DNA from: a virus | IMG/VR virus record: IMGVR_UViG_3300027741_002766 | Location: 1 to 64,000 of that record | DNA length: 64,000 bases | Reading direction: 5' to 3' (one strand) | Notes under the pieces: model-generated | The model's database searches: none | The model's input: only the letters and a program-made list of their open reading frames with translations | Told to the model about the DNA's origin: nothing | Position numbers and translations under genes: made by a program | Part shown: piece after piece, positions 15,318-24,827 of the stretch | Position numbering within the stretch: the first letter of the stretch is position 1 | How the letters are laid out: every line of letters starts with the position of its first letter

Positions 15318-15606
15318 TGAATTTCTTGCGCAGTGGGATCATATAATTTCCGGTGTAGACAAAACCGAAGTTCCGTTAGAGTGTATTAACAAGATTGTTA
15401 TTCGATTGCAAGGTGGTCGTCAAAAGACCATCAACCTTTCTCGACTCAAACGTGATGGTTTTGATCTAGAGGAAATTGAATCCTATCTCACCAGAAATCT
15501 GATTGAACTGGGTGATCTGGTACGAGACATAGACTTCTTGGTTGATGTTTCGGCTGTGGCCAAACTGGTTCAACCAGAAACCGATAAACTACTTAAAGAT
15601 CTATGA
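15304..15606 (+). CDS. hypothetical protein
   Basis: Coupled ORF before thyX. Confidence 0.75.
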   Translation: MQLSDEFLAQWDHIISGVDKTEVPLECINKIVIRLQGGRQKTINLSRLKRDGFDLEEIESYLTRNLIELGDLVRDIDFLVDVSAVAKLVQPETDKLLKDL

Positions 15607-16274
15607 ATGTCCGACTTGTCTCGTATTCACAACCAACTGCCGAGTTCGCTGATCTTGGCATATCAGACGCCCAAGAACTCATTGCCTATTGCGCTAGAGT
15701 CTCAAACCCTTCAAACCAACTCAACACCGAAACAAGTGAACGACTCATACGATACCTCGTCCAACACCAACACTGGAGCCCACTCGAAATGGTTTCAGTC
15801 TGCATGGAAATTACGACAACACGAGATATTGCACGGCAAATCCTTAGACACCGAAGTTTCAGTTTCCAAGAGTTCTCTCAACGATATGCTGACCCGACAA
15901 CGGATCTTGAGTTTGTTACCCGCAGTGGACGACTCCAAGACCCACAAAATCGACAGAACAGTATAGAGCATGCGGATCACTTGTTGGAAAACGAATGGTT
16001 CCGAGCACAACAACGAGTGATATATGCTGCCAGGCGTGAATATGACTGGGCAATTGCCAACGGCATTGCCAAGGAACAGGCTCGTGCTGTGCTACCAGAA
16101 GGCCTGATTCAAAGTCGATTGTACATGAATGGTACCTTGAGATCATGGATTCATTTTATCGAACTCAGGAGTGCCAACGGCACACAACTAGAGCATCAAG
16201 AAGTGGCTCGAGCCTGTGCTCAAGCCATTACTGCAATCTTTCCAATGACTCCGGATCTAGTTGCAAACTCTTGA
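15603..16274 (+). CDS. thyX: flavin-dependent thymidylate synthase
   Basis: ARVS, HWSPLE, QILRHRSFSFQEFSQRY signature. Confidence 0.95.
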   Translation: MNVRLVSYSQPTAEFADLGISDAQELIAYCARVSNPSNQLNTETSERLIRYLVQHQHWSPLEMVSVCMEITTTRDIARQILRHRSFSFQEFSQRYADPTTDLEFVTRSGRLQDPQNRQNSIEHADHLLENEWFRAQQRVIYAARREYDWAIANGIAKEQARAVLPEGLIQSRLYMNGTLRSWIHFIELRSANGTQLEHQEVARACAQAITAIFPMTPDLVANS

Positions 16275-16294
16275 TACACCTGCTATACTAGTGT

Positions 16295-16627
16295 ATGGCC
16301 ATTGCTAACTATCAACCCACTCATTCTGATCTTTCTAGACCCCGAGAAGTCAAAGTCGTTGATGGTGTTGCCACTGCCTACAGTGATGTAGTGGTTCATC
16401 ACTTTCCCATGGGCGATGTAGAAGATCCAGATTTGTATGCGGCACAACCATTGTATGATTGGCAACAAAGCGAAGCCGGTGCCTGGGTTATGGCTCATTC
16501 TGTAGAGCCTCCTTTTTGGACCAGACAGGCAGACATACAATCATACGGATATCGCTACTATATTGTGGCCAGACTCAAAGAATCAGATCAAACTTATTTT
16601 AAACTAAGGTGGAGCAATATCAAGTGA
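16295..16627 (+). CDS. hypothetical protein (MGDVEDPDLYAA motif)
   Basis: TTGCAA-N17-TATACT directly upstream. Confidence 0.75.
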   Translation: MAIANYQPTHSDLSRPREVKVVDGVATAYSDVVVHHFPMGDVEDPDLYAAQPLYDWQQSEAGAWVMAHSVEPPFWTRQADIQSYGYRYYIVARLKESDQTYFKLRWSNIK

Positions 16628-16654
16628 GTTTTTTACTCACAGGCAGCCCGTTCC

Positions 16655-18259
16655 TTATTGCACAGTGGTCAGCCCTCGTTTGATAAGTGCATAACTGGCC
16701 AGCCAGTCCCATTCGTAACTTTTTTTCAGGGCCGCAAAGTCTCCCCTGACTTGATCATAATATTCCATAGCGTCTTGCGCACCTTTTGAACTCCAATGTC
16801 CCACGCTGTGATCCACATCAAGCCAAACCTTTAATCTATATTCATTTTCTACGTCAGGCAAACTGGCTCGCAGTTTGAGTGCTTCTCGAAATGCTGTGCG
16901 CCAGGCAATCCAAGCGGAATCCAAGTACGTGGCCTCACCTGACAGCACAGGCACTACTTCGTGTGGTTGGTCCAGTGTAAAATCCAGGCCCAGACCTTGA
17001 TTTTGCAATACCAGTTGTTTGTTGTAGGCAATCATGCCTTGATGTCCATATTCCAAATCATTAATGGTATTTCGTGCATGAAAGATATAGTGCTTGGCCG
17101 CTTGCAAGCGATCAGGCTGCCACGTCCAATCAAAGTGTTGATCGACCTTGAGTTTGGCCCACACAGCAAAGTACCAAGCAGTGGTACTGGCCTTGGCTGC
17201 CGCATGTTGACTTGCCACACGACCTGTTATGCCTTGTACCCAATGTATCCTGTTGAGACTGGAGTTCATGTTGGCCATTGTTGCTGATTCCAACCATCTA
17301 AAGTTTGCATGTGCATCTTTTTCGCCATTTGAAATAAACACAATGTCCAGGGGTTGTTCTCGGAGCATACGATGTGTTTTGTCTATGTGCGGATAATCAT
17401 AGATCTGAGTCCTGATATAGTTCTTGCACTCTCTTGGCACTATGGCAGTGGCATGTCCTTGGCTCAGAGGTACCACAGTCTTGGTGGATTCTTGCCATAG
17501 ACTCACAGTGGGCACATGATTGCTCATGGGTACTGTTTGATAGAACTCAACCAAGGGAGTGTCAAATTCATGCCGCCACACTGCTGTCACCAGACTGTCA
17601 TCTGTGTATTGTATACAGGGCATGGGCAGTCTTGGCACTGATTGATCAACAAAGTTCAGTGTCTCAAACCATTCCAATATTTTTAGATTTTTGGTTTTGG
17701 CCAGAAAACTGGGCACATGTACATAGAACGTATCCCCAAACTTTTGTTCATTGCTGGCAAACACATGAAGCATGCTCTGTTGCCATTCGCTGGGGTGCCA
17801 GGTGAAATCAAAGTCAGCGTAATCACAAACATCGCTGGTGACCCAACAATATTCCCACTTGACTCGACTCAGTGCCCTACGCATGGTACCCAGATAATCA
17901 CTTACGTAACGCACATTAACATCACCTGAGTCCGCACTGGTAGGAGTGTGTTTGATATGCAAGCGTGGCACACCAAGTCGGCGTGGTACCACAGGGTGTG
18001 ATCTGTTTACATGCTCATATTTACGTGGCACCAGAGCAGTTCCACCGTTCTCCTGGTGCTGACTGGGCCACACATGCATTTGGTCGCTTTCCCAAGGCAC
18101 AGGTTCCCAAAGAAAATCAAACTCACTATAGTCCGATAAGTAATTTATCCACCAGAAATATCTAGTACGGCTTTGCTTCTGTGCCGCCTCAATTGAATCC
18201 ACTCCACGCTCATGCGGAAATAGATTGGGCTTGATACCTGTATAAAATACATCAAACAT
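16655..18259 (-). CDS. multi-domain glycosyltransferase-like protein
   Basis: Repeated FDFxWxP..W units; C-terminal domain paralogous to 39778..40704 (FISNGE...AWRTAFRE). Confidence 0.6.
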   Translation of the reverse strand: MFDVFYTGIKPNLFPHERGVDSIEAAQKQSRTRYFWWINYLSDYSEFDFLWEPVPWESDQMHVWPSQHQENGGTALVPRKYEHVNRSHPVVPRRLGVPRLHIKHTPTSADSGDVNVRYVSDYLGTMRRALSRVKWEYCWVTSDVCDYADFDFTWHPSEWQQSMLHVFASNEQKFGDTFYVHVPSFLAKTKNLKILEWFETLNFVDQSVPRLPMPCIQYTDDSLVTAVWRHEFDTPLVEFYQTVPMSNHVPTVSLWQESTKTVVPLSQGHATAIVPRECKNYIRTQIYDYPHIDKTHRMLREQPLDIVFISNGEKDAHANFRWLESATMANMNSSLNRIHWVQGITGRVASQHAAAKASTTAWYFAVWAKLKVDQHFDWTWQPDRLQAAKHYIFHARNTINDLEYGHQGMIAYNKQLVLQNQGLGLDFTLDQPHEVVPVLSGEATYLDSAWIAWRTAFREALKLRASLPDVENEYRLKVWLDVDHSVGHWSSKGAQDAMEYYDQVRGDFAALKKSYEWDWLASYALIKRGLTTVQ

Positions 18260-19415
18260 GATTAGAATAGACGAAATTTACGAAAATACATTTTTACCCT
18301 GGGTAAGAAAAAATTTATCAGCAACTTCAATTTCTTACTGTGACCCATTTGGACGAAGTGATCCTGACAGTATTGTGTGTAGACAGTCTGATGATAGCCA
18401 AAATAAACAAAATGTAATTTTTTTCTTTGATCAAGAACCTATACAACCCAGTGTGCATTTGCCAACTTTTTATACTTTCCATCTCAGTACCGATCCATCA
18501 ACAACACAGAAGAGATTTTTAGTTACCAGTGAGACCAACAGTGACAATGTAGATTATATATGCAAAGTGTATGGATTGCAACCTTTTTATTATTTTTTTC
18601 ATGGCTGGGCCGCACTAGACTGGTTTAGAGGATACAATCAAACCTTTTTGATCACATTACCCGAACAGCGAAATATCAAAAAAACTTTCTTTAGTCCAAA
18701 TAGAATCATTGGCGGAGAACGCAGTCATCGTGTGCTACAGTTGTACTTTTTCCAATTGTTTGATCTCATGCACAATCACATTAGTGCTCCGTTGACATGT
18801 CCTGTAGAAAATAAAACTATTATTGAATTGGCCAGATTTTATCAACACAAATATCCTGACAACTTCAATCCCAGGGGAACTTCATATGCAGGTGGCATAG
18901 TAGAAACTGTAGCCAAGATGGCATTGCCTAGAATGTTTCCTGGAGAAGACACACAACGCATGAGCAGTTGTTGGCTGGACCAATTTGATCTCTGTGCCGA
19001 GAGCATGATATATCATGTGAGCGAAACTGTGTTTTTTGGTCGCAGACAACATTTGACTGAAAAAACTTTCAAGCCCATTGCACTAGGCATGCCTTTTGTT
19101 TTGAGCGCACCAGCAGGCAGTTTGGCATATCTTCGACAGTACGGGTTTAAAACATTTGATTCCGTTTGGGATGAGTCATATGATGCTCAACCACATGATG
19201 AGAGACGAGTCACAGTATTGACCAGACTACTGGCAGATCTTGACAAAAAAACTCTGACTGAAAAAAATGATATTTTTCAAAAATGTATTCCCATAATTCA
19301 ACACAATTGGAATCATTTTTACAACGGAGGATTTGAAAAAATATTATGGGCAGAATTGACCTCAATGCTCGACAACCTCAAGGCAGCGGCGCAAGGTGAT
19401 TTATCTAGCAATTGA
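18258..19415 (+). CDS. TEK-motif glycosyltransferase-like protein
   Basis: VSET...LTEKTFKPI...PF...GFKTF..WDESYD. Confidence 0.6.
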   Translation: MIRIDEIYENTFLPWVRKNLSATSISYCDPFGRSDPDSIVCRQSDDSQNKQNVIFFFDQEPIQPSVHLPTFYTFHLSTDPSTTQKRFLVTSETNSDNVDYICKVYGLQPFYYFFHGWAALDWFRGYNQTFLITLPEQRNIKKTFFSPNRIIGGERSHRVLQLYFFQLFDLMHNHISAPLTCPVENKTIIELARFYQHKYPDNFNPRGTSYAGGIVETVAKMALPRMFPGEDTQRMSSCWLDQFDLCAESMIYHVSETVFFGRRQHLTEKTFKPIALGMPFVLSAPAGSLAYLRQYGFKTFDSVWDESYDAQPHDERRVTVLTRLLADLDKKTLTEKNDIFQKCIPIIQHNWNHFYNGGFEKILWAELTSMLDNLKAAAQGDLSSN

Positions 19416-20580
19416 TCACAGAGATCCAGAGACGGGCCGGGCCATGCCCAATGGGATTCCACTGGACCAACATCATCTAATTGAGCAAATGGATGGATAT
19501 AGACTGGACTATCCAAGGATCATTTATTACCTACATCAGTGTCACATACCTCAACAGATAGTGGCCACTGTGGATGCTCCTGCTGGTGCTTGGTATCCTG
19601 TGGTATTAGGATGGTTTGATTTTTCAGCGGACTATCTTGCCATGATCAGTGCAGAGGCACATGCTCGAATACAACAAAAACTCATGCGCCTGGTGTTCAC
19701 CTATCATGAAGGTGATAACCCTGCCCACATGAGAGCAAGAATCAATCAACTGTGTGCAGATCATGCCATAGATCCCGAACAGGTCTGGTTGATCAGTGGT
19801 AATACATCAGCAGATTCAGTACCAGGATGTGTATACTGGCCAGAACTGGAGTTTATGTACTGGCGTAGTGTGGATAGATCAGCAGGAGCCAAATATCACA
19901 ATCATCCAAGATCACGTGCGTTTACTGGCCTATGTAGAATAGACAAACTATGGCGCAAGGTATTCATGAGTGAACTATGGGCCAACAATCTACACCTGAA
20001 TGGTTACTTTAGTTATAATCAGTATCTGCTAGGAGGGGAAGACAACTATTTCAACTGTGCATTGCGAAATAGTTATCTTGCTCATAAACAACATCAAGTG
20101 AATCAGTTCATTGCCGCAGGACCTTTTTGTGTGGATCAACTGGATTCAGATGAGCACAACAACTATGCTGCCAACATGACTGAACTGTATGAAGATAGTT
20201 ATTTCAATATTGTGCTTGAGACCATGATTGATGTGGACAATTCAGGTGGACAATTTTTGACAGAAAAAACGTTCAAACCCATATTCAACAATCAGTTTTT
20301 TGTGGCAGTTAGTAGCCACAATCACATGGCACACCTACGTGAACTAGGGTATAGGTCTTTTGGTCGTGTGATAGATGAACACTATGACACAATAGATAAC
20401 AATCAAGAAAGATTTGAATCAGTGCTGGCTTTGACCAAGAGTTTGTGTGCTCGACCTCTAACAGAGTTGCATGAGATTTATCAACAGTTACAGCCCGAGA
20501 TTTCTCACAATCACCAGGTTTTTGTGGCAGGTATGCGACATAGACTACTATCAGTAGTTGATTGCGTTAATAGATCCTGA
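19396..20580 (+). CDS. TEK-motif glycosyltransferase-like protein
   Basis: SYFNIVLET...LTEKTFKPI. Confidence 0.6.
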   Translation: MIYLAIDHRDPETGRAMPNGIPLDQHHLIEQMDGYRLDYPRIIYYLHQCHIPQQIVATVDAPAGAWYPVVLGWFDFSADYLAMISAEAHARIQQKLMRLVFTYHEGDNPAHMRARINQLCADHAIDPEQVWLISGNTSADSVPGCVYWPELEFMYWRSVDRSAGAKYHNHPRSRAFTGLCRIDKLWRKVFMSELWANNLHLNGYFSYNQYLLGGEDNYFNCALRNSYLAHKQHQVNQFIAAGPFCVDQLDSDEHNNYAANMTELYEDSYFNIVLETMIDVDNSGGQFLTEKTFKPIFNNQFFVAVSSHNHMAHLRELGYRSFGRVIDEHYDTIDNNQERFESVLALTKSLCARPLTELHEIYQQLQPEISHNHQVFVAGMRHRLLSVVDCVNRS

Positions 20581-21590
20581 ATCTGCATTTTTACAGTTAC
20601 AATCTCATCATTGTATAGTTTTGGCAGTTGCTGCCAAAACCATTCATGGTTATGTACTATTTTGGGCCAAACGTGTTGTTTAATTTTTGTTAGTTCCGCC
20701 AAACTTAAATCGCATAGCCTTTGTGTTTCTTTCAGCAGGTGTTCGAATCTCAGTTGTGGATTTTCTATCTGGTCATAACTTTCGTCTAACACATCCTCAA
20801 ATGTCTGAAACCCTAAACTGAGAAGTTTATCAAGGGCACCTGCGGAACTGAATAACAAAAAAGGGTGACCGTATGCCAATGGTTTCATACATTTTTCCGT
20901 GAAAAATGCATCAAAGTTTTCGTTTATATATGTTTCATTTACAAAAGATACACATGTATGCTGATAAAAAAAGATCTCACCAATGGACCAATCATTGGTA
21001 CCGGCAAATTGATCTGATGGTATTTTCATTGGTAACATTTGATAAATTTTTTCTAAATCAAGACCTTGATTGAACCATGTATCACCAATGATTCCATTGG
21101 TTTGGTCGTAAATACCTTTTACACCATCACCAAATCGATCAGTACACCAATAACTGAAATAAAAATCATCTAGCAAATTAAATTTTACTAAAAATTGCAT
21201 CAATGCTTGTCTATTCCATTGTGCTCGATTGTTCAATGATAGAAACTTTTTTTTCAGATCATCTGAATGATCGTACAAGTTGCTGTATACTAAATTGTTT
21301 GAATAATATGCATAAGCATATTTCAATTTGATGAACTTACAATTGTACTTTTGTTCTAGTTCCGTTGTGGGGTAATCTCGATGAACAATTAATATTGTAA
21401 AACTATCTTTAAAATATTCAAGAGTCTCTATCACCTGGGGCAGATTAAACGCTTCACCAAAGCAGGAATAAATTACCATTGGTTGTTTTTTGTAATTTTT
21501 AATTTCTCCATGATAATTTGAACAAACCAAAACGTCCGAGGATGCAAACTCGGCGATTTCTTTATAGGGATCGGGCTGTATTACGAGCAT
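20511..21590 (-). CDS. TEK-motif glycosyltransferase-like protein
   Basis: FVNET...FTEKCMKPL..HPF...DESYD. Confidence 0.6.
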   Translation of the reverse strand: MLVIQPDPYKEIAEFASSDVLVCSNYHGEIKNYKKQPMVIYSCFGEAFNLPQVIETLEYFKDSFTILIVHRDYPTTELEQKYNCKFIKLKYAYAYYSNNLVYSNLYDHSDDLKKKFLSLNNRAQWNRQALMQFLVKFNLLDDFYFSYWCTDRFGDGVKGIYDQTNGIIGDTWFNQGLDLEKIYQMLPMKIPSDQFAGTNDWSIGEIFFYQHTCVSFVNETYINENFDAFFTEKCMKPLAYGHPFLLFSSAGALDKLLSLGFQTFEDVLDESYDQIENPQLRFEHLLKETQRLCDLSLAELTKIKQHVWPKIVHNHEWFWQQLPKLYNDEIVTVKMQIQDLLTQSTTDSSLCRIPATKTW

Positions 21591-23059
21591 ACCTTTACAC
21601 CGTATAACTTTTCAAAACGATCTGCGTCAGCACGATCATTCACCATGGGTTCACCGCGTATGTTTAAACTGGTGTTGAGCAACATAGGACACCCTGTCAA
21701 CACATACCACTTCTCTAGCAGTTGTCTGATGCCTGAACCGTCTCGCGCCACCGTTTGTACTCGACTGGAGCCATCAACGTGACAAATAGCAGGAGTAAGG
21801 TCAGGCTGGCGACAACGAGCGACTGACTGCATATAAGGACTATGATGCCAACCCACTGGCATATCAAAATACTGGTCAGCCACCTCAGCCAGTATGACCG
21901 GGGCGAATGGCCTGAACTGTTGTCTACGTTTGATTGCATTTACTTGCTCCTTGATCTCGCTGCCTCTAGGGTCTGCAAGGAGGCTACGGTTTCCCAGTGC
22001 TCTGGGGCCGAACTCGGCTCTGCCTGAGGCAACTCCAACAATTCGTTCAGTAAGAAGCCGATCCAAAAGGCCATTAACGGGATAAGGGCCAGGAATATCA
22101 TGCCCCAGAAAAGCGTTTCGCCAGTTAACTCTATGCCCATGAGCCAAAGCGGCAGCACCAAGGCTAGAGCCGGCGTCACCAGGGCAAGGCATAATCCAAA
22201 TATTCGCAAAGTATTCTCCTAAAAAACGATTGGCACTGCAATTCAGCGCCACTCCACCCATATATACCAGATTCTCGCTAAAACCTAGATTCCTAGCACG
22301 AATCATTACTTGTCTGATAAGATCCTCTGCTACCATTTGTCCGGCTGCCGCAATGTTTTCGTCGCTGGAATATTCCAGAAACTCCTGACTCATGCCTGTG
22401 TGAAAGTTGTGTCGCAAACGCAGTTCACGTTCGTCTGCTATCACGTGTTCACGCATGTCATGATACCAGATGTTCCGGCCCCATGCAGCCATGCCCATGG
22501 TAATGTATTCTTCGTCCAGTGGATGTAGGCCCACACGCTGAGTAACTGCACTATAGAACAGGCCAATTGAGTGTGGATAGACCTGACGCCACAGTCTCTT
22601 GTACTTGGCCCGTCCCGATCGATCATATTCTGCATCCCATATGCTTATGGTGTCCCACTCACCTATGGCATCAATTACTATCACAGTGGCACGTTCAAAC
22701 GGTGAGGTCTGAAAGCCCGCTGCCGCATGCGATAGATGATGATTGTAACTGTGTACACGTTCAGGTTCAATTTGACCGCCCAATTGCCGTTGTAATATTT
22801 GCCGGGTGGTAATTTTATCCCATTCAATGCCTTGGCCTGCGTACCATTGTCTGAATTGTTTGTTCCAAGGGCGTTCATAGTAGGCCACCGTTTCGGGACC
22901 ATACTCCGAGACTTCATCTAGCAAGCCCTGACAAAAGTCAGCGTCATTTTTCTTTTTTGAATAACGTTCACTATGGCCAGCAAACAGAATCTCGCCGTCA
23001 GGTGAGATCACTGTGGCGGCTGCATCATGAAAGCCCGCAGAGATACCTAAGATATTCAT
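21581..23059 (-). CDS. carbamoyltransferase (NodU/CmcH/TobZ family)
   Basis: FHDAAA, ERYS, HHLSHAA, DAIGE, GGVALN, GDAG, EFGPRALGNRS, FRPFAP, LNTSLN. Confidence 0.95.
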   Translation of the reverse strand: MNILGISAGFHDAAATVISPDGEILFAGHSERYSKKKNDADFCQGLLDEVSEYGPETVAYYERPWNKQFRQWYAGQGIEWDKITTRQILQRQLGGQIEPERVHSYNHHLSHAAAGFQTSPFERATVIVIDAIGEWDTISIWDAEYDRSGRAKYKRLWRQVYPHSIGLFYSAVTQRVGLHPLDEEYITMGMAAWGRNIWYHDMREHVIADERELRLRHNFHTGMSQEFLEYSSDENIAAAGQMVAEDLIRQVMIRARNLGFSENLVYMGGVALNCSANRFLGEYFANIWIMPCPGDAGSSLGAAALAHGHRVNWRNAFLGHDIPGPYPVNGLLDRLLTERIVGVASGRAEFGPRALGNRSLLADPRGSEIKEQVNAIKRRQQFRPFAPVILAEVADQYFDMPVGWHHSPYMQSVARCRQPDLTPAICHVDGSSRVQTVARDGSGIRQLLEKWYVLTGCPMLLNTSLNIRGEPMVNDRADADRFEKLYGVKVCS

Positions 23060-23157
23060 TTGTAAATAAACGGGTCGCGTTTGCGCAACTCTTTTAATTT
23101 TTTACGATAACGAATCTCTAGTGTGATTCTTGACCAAAGTCTGCCAATCCAATTCAT
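23056..23157 (-). CDS. 33-aa basic peptide ending DPFIYK
   Basis: MNWIGRLWSRITLEIRYRKKLKELRKRDPFIYK; coupled to the carbamoyltransferase. Confidence 0.75.
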   Translation of the reverse strand: MNWIGRLWSRITLEIRYRKKLKELRKRDPFIYK

Positions 23158-23693
23158 TTAGATTTCTCCTTGTGATATTTGTCAAAAGTATTTTGACGTC
23201 TTACTACTACATCATTGTAGTGTTGCGTTGACCAATTGCTGTAATAATCTGTTTTTAGCAACATTAAATGTCCATCAATAACGTCACTTAATTTATTGAT
23301 TATTACTATAAAATACGGCCGATTAGAAAACAATCCCGGATATTGACTGTGACTACCAACTGCTTTACCATACTGCAAATAATAATCGTATGGAATAGTT
23401 TGTTTGTTCAAATACTTGATCCACCATTTAATTGGATAGAACCAACGAACATGATGCGGGAAAACTAGAATTCTTGTATTCAACTTATTACCGTCAATGA
23501 GATTCTGTGTTTGAGTTTTTATAAATTGCTTAATACCACCACTGACGTAAACTTTTACATCTAATAGTTGTTGTAATCTAGCCGCCCGAGCAAACGGACA
23601 CGGAGGAAATTTATAATTATAAAATGCATGTGGTTTTTCTACGTAATTTTTTACCCAATTCCAGATGTCTTGTTCTATATTGAGTTTAATCAT
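23154..23693 (-). CDS. hypothetical protein with CPFA motif (DUF1415-like)
   Basis: W...PPCPFARAA; AT-rich. Confidence 0.55.
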   Translation of the reverse strand: MIKLNIEQDIWNWVKNYVEKPHAFYNYKFPPCPFARAARLQQLLDVKVYVSGGIKQFIKTQTQNLIDGNKLNTRILVFPHHVRWFYPIKWWIKYLNKQTIPYDYYLQYGKAVGSHSQYPGLFSNRPYFIVIINKLSDVIDGHLMLLKTDYYSNWSTQHYNDVVVRRQNTFDKYHKEKSK

Positions 23694-23793
23694 AGATATA
23701 AGGATCTTTATCTCTGAGTTTTTTTAATCGTCGGGTACGACGATACTGTATTTCTAGTGTGATTCTTGCACAAAGTCTTTTGACCCAATTCAT
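23686..23793 (-). CDS. 35-aa basic peptide ending DPYIYD
   Basis: MNWVKRLCARITLEIQYRRTRRLKKLRDKDPYIYD; paralog of 23056..23157. Confidence 0.7.
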   Translation of the reverse strand: MNWVKRLCARITLEIQYRRTRRLKKLRDKDPYIYD

Positions 23794-24827
23794 TTCATGC
23801 TCCTAATTTGTTGTTCTGCGTAGTCTGGATCACTCCAGCGATAGTTGTATGTAGCCTGAGCAGTACTGGTGCGGATGGAATACACATCCTGATGCGCCAG
23901 AAGTTGACTGTATATCATTTCCCAGTTTTCCGTACCAAATGACCTTTGTAGATCAACTTGCCCGACCTGAGGGTGGCCGATTGTAAGACTCGGTTCAGTT
24001 GGATCGAATCCATTCCGTTCAAGCCATTCTCGAAATTCAGCCAATCGCTGGATTTGCCAATGGTATGCGCTGGGATCACGGGCCCATTCAATATCAAAGT
24101 CACCTGCCGCTTGAGTCTGACCACGTAGTCCCGTAGTAACCAGTTCACCAATGCGCGAATCCCTGCCCTCATCGCAAAATACCTCCCAATGGTGCTTGCC
24201 CACTGCTTTATTTACACCCACATACACACCACCTGTTTTTCTGTTGATAGAGTTGATGCCGAATAGTTCCAGATCAGATTCTTCTAACTCATAACGAGGT
24301 GCATTTAACCAGCACATGAGTTGGCTGGGTCTACGCCATTCAGGTGCAGTTCGTGCTTTGCGTATGCTGAGGATTGAACTTTCGAGTTCATGACACAACA
24401 GGTTTAGTTGTCTTATGTGCCATCGTGTGTAATTGTCTGCTGCCAGATAATAAGGGCTTAATGCGCCTGCGGTGCCTTGCAAATCTTCAAAGTAACGATG
24501 CAGTTGATTCATTTTGTCATGAGCAATGCCGTCATCACTGGCTATTGTGTTGGCTGGAGAGAAAAAATCTGATATGGTATACTGTATGTTTGAAGAATTT
24601 ACAGCGTGTATACTACGATTGATTTGAGTACACAGGTATTCTGGACCACGAACACTCTCTGCCCAGCCCAGCCAACAGTAGTTTTTTTCTAAATGTAAAT
24701 CTGTTTTGATAATGTCATTCAGTGCAGTCAGCCATTTGCGGCTGAGGCTGTTGTCTGCGACGTCTATATATACAGTTAAAATTTTATCATCTGCACTGCG
24801 CAGATCCATTTCGATTTGATCAAGCAA
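23790..24827 (-). CDS. hypothetical protein with paired NxLHxxFE / NxxCHExE motifs
   Basis: 345-aa coupled ORF. Confidence 0.75.
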   Translation of the reverse strand: MLDQIEMDLRSADDKILTVYIDVADNSLSRKWLTALNDIIKTDLHLEKNYCWLGWAESVRGPEYLCTQINRSIHAVNSSNIQYTISDFFSPANTIASDDGIAHDKMNQLHRYFEDLQGTAGALSPYYLAADNYTRWHIRQLNLLCHELESSILSIRKARTAPEWRRPSQLMCWLNAPRYELEESDLELFGINSINRKTGGVYVGVNKAVGKHHWEVFCDEGRDSRIGELVTTGLRGQTQAAGDFDIEWARDPSAYHWQIQRLAEFREWLERNGFDPTEPSLTIGHPQVGQVDLQRSFGTENWEMIYSQLLAHQDVYSIRTSTAQATYNYRWSDPDYAEQQIRSMK

